Source of the DNA: Leptogorgia sarmentosa
Taxonomy: Eukaryota
Direction of reading: 5' to 3'
DNA: 64,000 nt
Assembly (NCBI GenBank): GCA_964658305.1
Contig: OZ210884.1
Location: 6,510,001-6,574,000 of the forward strand
Shown in pieces: positions 62,019 to 64,000 of this stretch. A model generated the notes under the pieces. It saw only the letters and a program-made list of their open reading frames with translations. It searched no databases and was not told where the DNA came from. Position numbers and translations under genes: made by a program. Each line of letters begins with the position of its first letter. Position 1 is the stretch's first letter.

Positions 62019-64000
62019 GTGTTGTAACCGTGCATTTTCAGGGTGTCCCAAAAAAAGCAGAGCCCGCATAAACAATTATGTTCATTCAACATGAAATCGT
62101 TTTGAAGTATCACAGTACTTTTACCTGTTTTTGCTTTTACTTATACCGTACGCAAAATATGAGATCCCAGAGCACAGAAATATCAAGTTCGTCAAAACAA
62201 ACAGCTACATCAACCCTATTGCACTCATTTACATAGCTGTGAATATACAGTAGACATGTTTGTACCAGAAAATAGCTAATTATAAATTACGTGCGTAGGA
62301 TACAGTATTCATACGAGAATATAAAATATTTTTGGTTTAGCTATCGCCTATTTATTAAATACGTAAATAAATTTTAAGGATGATCTTGTATAGAGCCTCG
62401 TTCATGTATTAAAAAACCTTTATACTTTATATCTGTTTCATAAAATCTTAGCTTTGTGTCACTATCAGTATGCAATATTATGTTACAGTAAAGTTGCAAA
62501 CAATTTTTTGCTGCAAAATGTCGTTGCTCATACAAATAACATTCTTGCCGCCAATGTTTAATTACAATTATATTAAAATAAGTTGGCATGGAAACACTAT
62601 TACACAAAAATGTCAAGGTCTTGGGTTTTCAGTATCTTGGGATATTTCTACAAATCCTGGAAATACTAATTTTGAGGTTTTGTATGTAGTAAACTTCAAT
62701 ATACGAAGCCAGTGTTGATGGGAGATAGTGACATCAAAACAATTCCAAATATGAGCTCAGTGCCTGAAAGAAAAATGAGGTCAAGCAAATTAACATAGTC
62801 AATAAATATTTCCTTTCACGCATGCAGACTAAAACAAATTTTAAAATGTTCGAGCATGTGCAAACAAGAAATCTCTAGCTGATCAATTAATGCTTAAAAT
62901 TGTTTAGTATACCACATTTAAAAACCCACAATTCCGACCAACGCAAATAGTACAGGGTTTCCCAAGAAACCCGATTGAAATTAACGCATTGTTAAGTGCA
63001 AATATGCGTAAAAAGCGATTAAGAAATTAAAATATCCTTGCGATGTGCACGTCCACGTTGATCAAAACAAATTTTGAATAGACTAAAATAATAATGGCTT
63101 GCACAATCATTCAAGCACTCGTGGGATTAGCTTAGTTAGGATATTCATTCAAATTCAAACAATGCGTAAATTTCAATGGTTTTGGCTTCTTTGGGGCACC
63201 CCATACCTTATACTCCTCAGTTTTCTGCAACTACTTTAGCTTTAGCCTTCTTATTTTGGAGTAACATGCGCGTTAATTAATGTTTATGAAATGTTGACAT
63301 ATGTACCTTAACTTACAAATTTCCCAACTACAAACTGACAAGTTTGTTCAGGTGAGTGTCATAAAATATGAATATTTTAAGATGAGCTTCTTCGAACTGC
63401 ATTATAGATATATTAAAATGCCAATCTTTCTTGATTAACGCATGATTCAAAAAATTAACATCTTGCTTTTGTTGTACGTCTTAAGCAAACTTGATGCTTT
63501 TAAAGACTCATTTTAATTTCATGTACACAATTCCTCAATCGCTGAAAAGATAACAAAATCGACAATTTGTACTAAAATCTATATGATGTAGAAAATGTCA
63601 TGTCGAAAACTTGCTAGAGTGCTTGCAAAAATAAGGGTACATCTCATGCACTGTCATTTTTATCAGCATGCATCTGCACAATTTTACAGCTATTGTTGAT
63701 GTTCTAAAATTTTTATTACTGCAGACAACGACCGTTTCGTAAGGTGATTATAAGTCATTATTGTTAAGCATTATACAATTATGTACCGAATAAGCTAGCT
63801 ATGCAGCAATTTTAGGCCCATTGTCTGAGTTCATATGCATCATTAGTCTCGGTACATACTTGGGACCTTCGACGTCTAAAAGGTGCCAGAAGGGTTGAAT
63901 ACGCGAGTAAGAGATCTAGTGAATGTGAAAAAAATGCCTCGTTTATGTTTTTAAGGCTTTTTTTCAATTTCTTTGTTTTCTCTTGGGCGGAACGCGGCCA

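Overview
AT-rich, intron-dense animal genomic DNA. The gene content and repeat style suggest a marine invertebrate, possibly a cnidarian, but this is an inference. Manual splicing gives three multi-exon genes. (A) 1-4367 on the minus strand, truncated by the window edge, and (B) 12948-22468 on the minus strand (14 coding exons, about 1431 aa) are tandem paralogs of a secreted animal haem peroxidase. The architecture is signal peptide, cadherin-like domain, then a peroxidase domain interrupted by a six-repeat tectonin (lectin) beta-propeller; gene B continues with a CxCxC linker and seven FG-GAP/DxDxDG repeats. (C) 28377-62018 on the plus strand (57 coding exons, about 3546 aa) faces away from B. 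It is a giant GRL101/type-C LGR-like GPCR whose ectodomain strings together MAM, C-type lectin, F-type lectin, PA14, LDLa, SUEL lectin, pentraxin, CUB and LRR modules. Its 7TM is spliced in frame to an intracellular pseudokinase ending in a PDZ-binding motif. Non-coding DNA holds two decayed Tc1-family elements, many MITEs, minimal hammerhead ribozymes of Penelope-like origin, a palindromic 190-bp satellite with a 5-monomer higher-order repeat, and two templated insertions flanked by long direct repeats. All exon boundaries were read by eye without transcript evidence; the summed CDS lengths of B (4296 nt) and C (10641 nt) are both multiples of 3.
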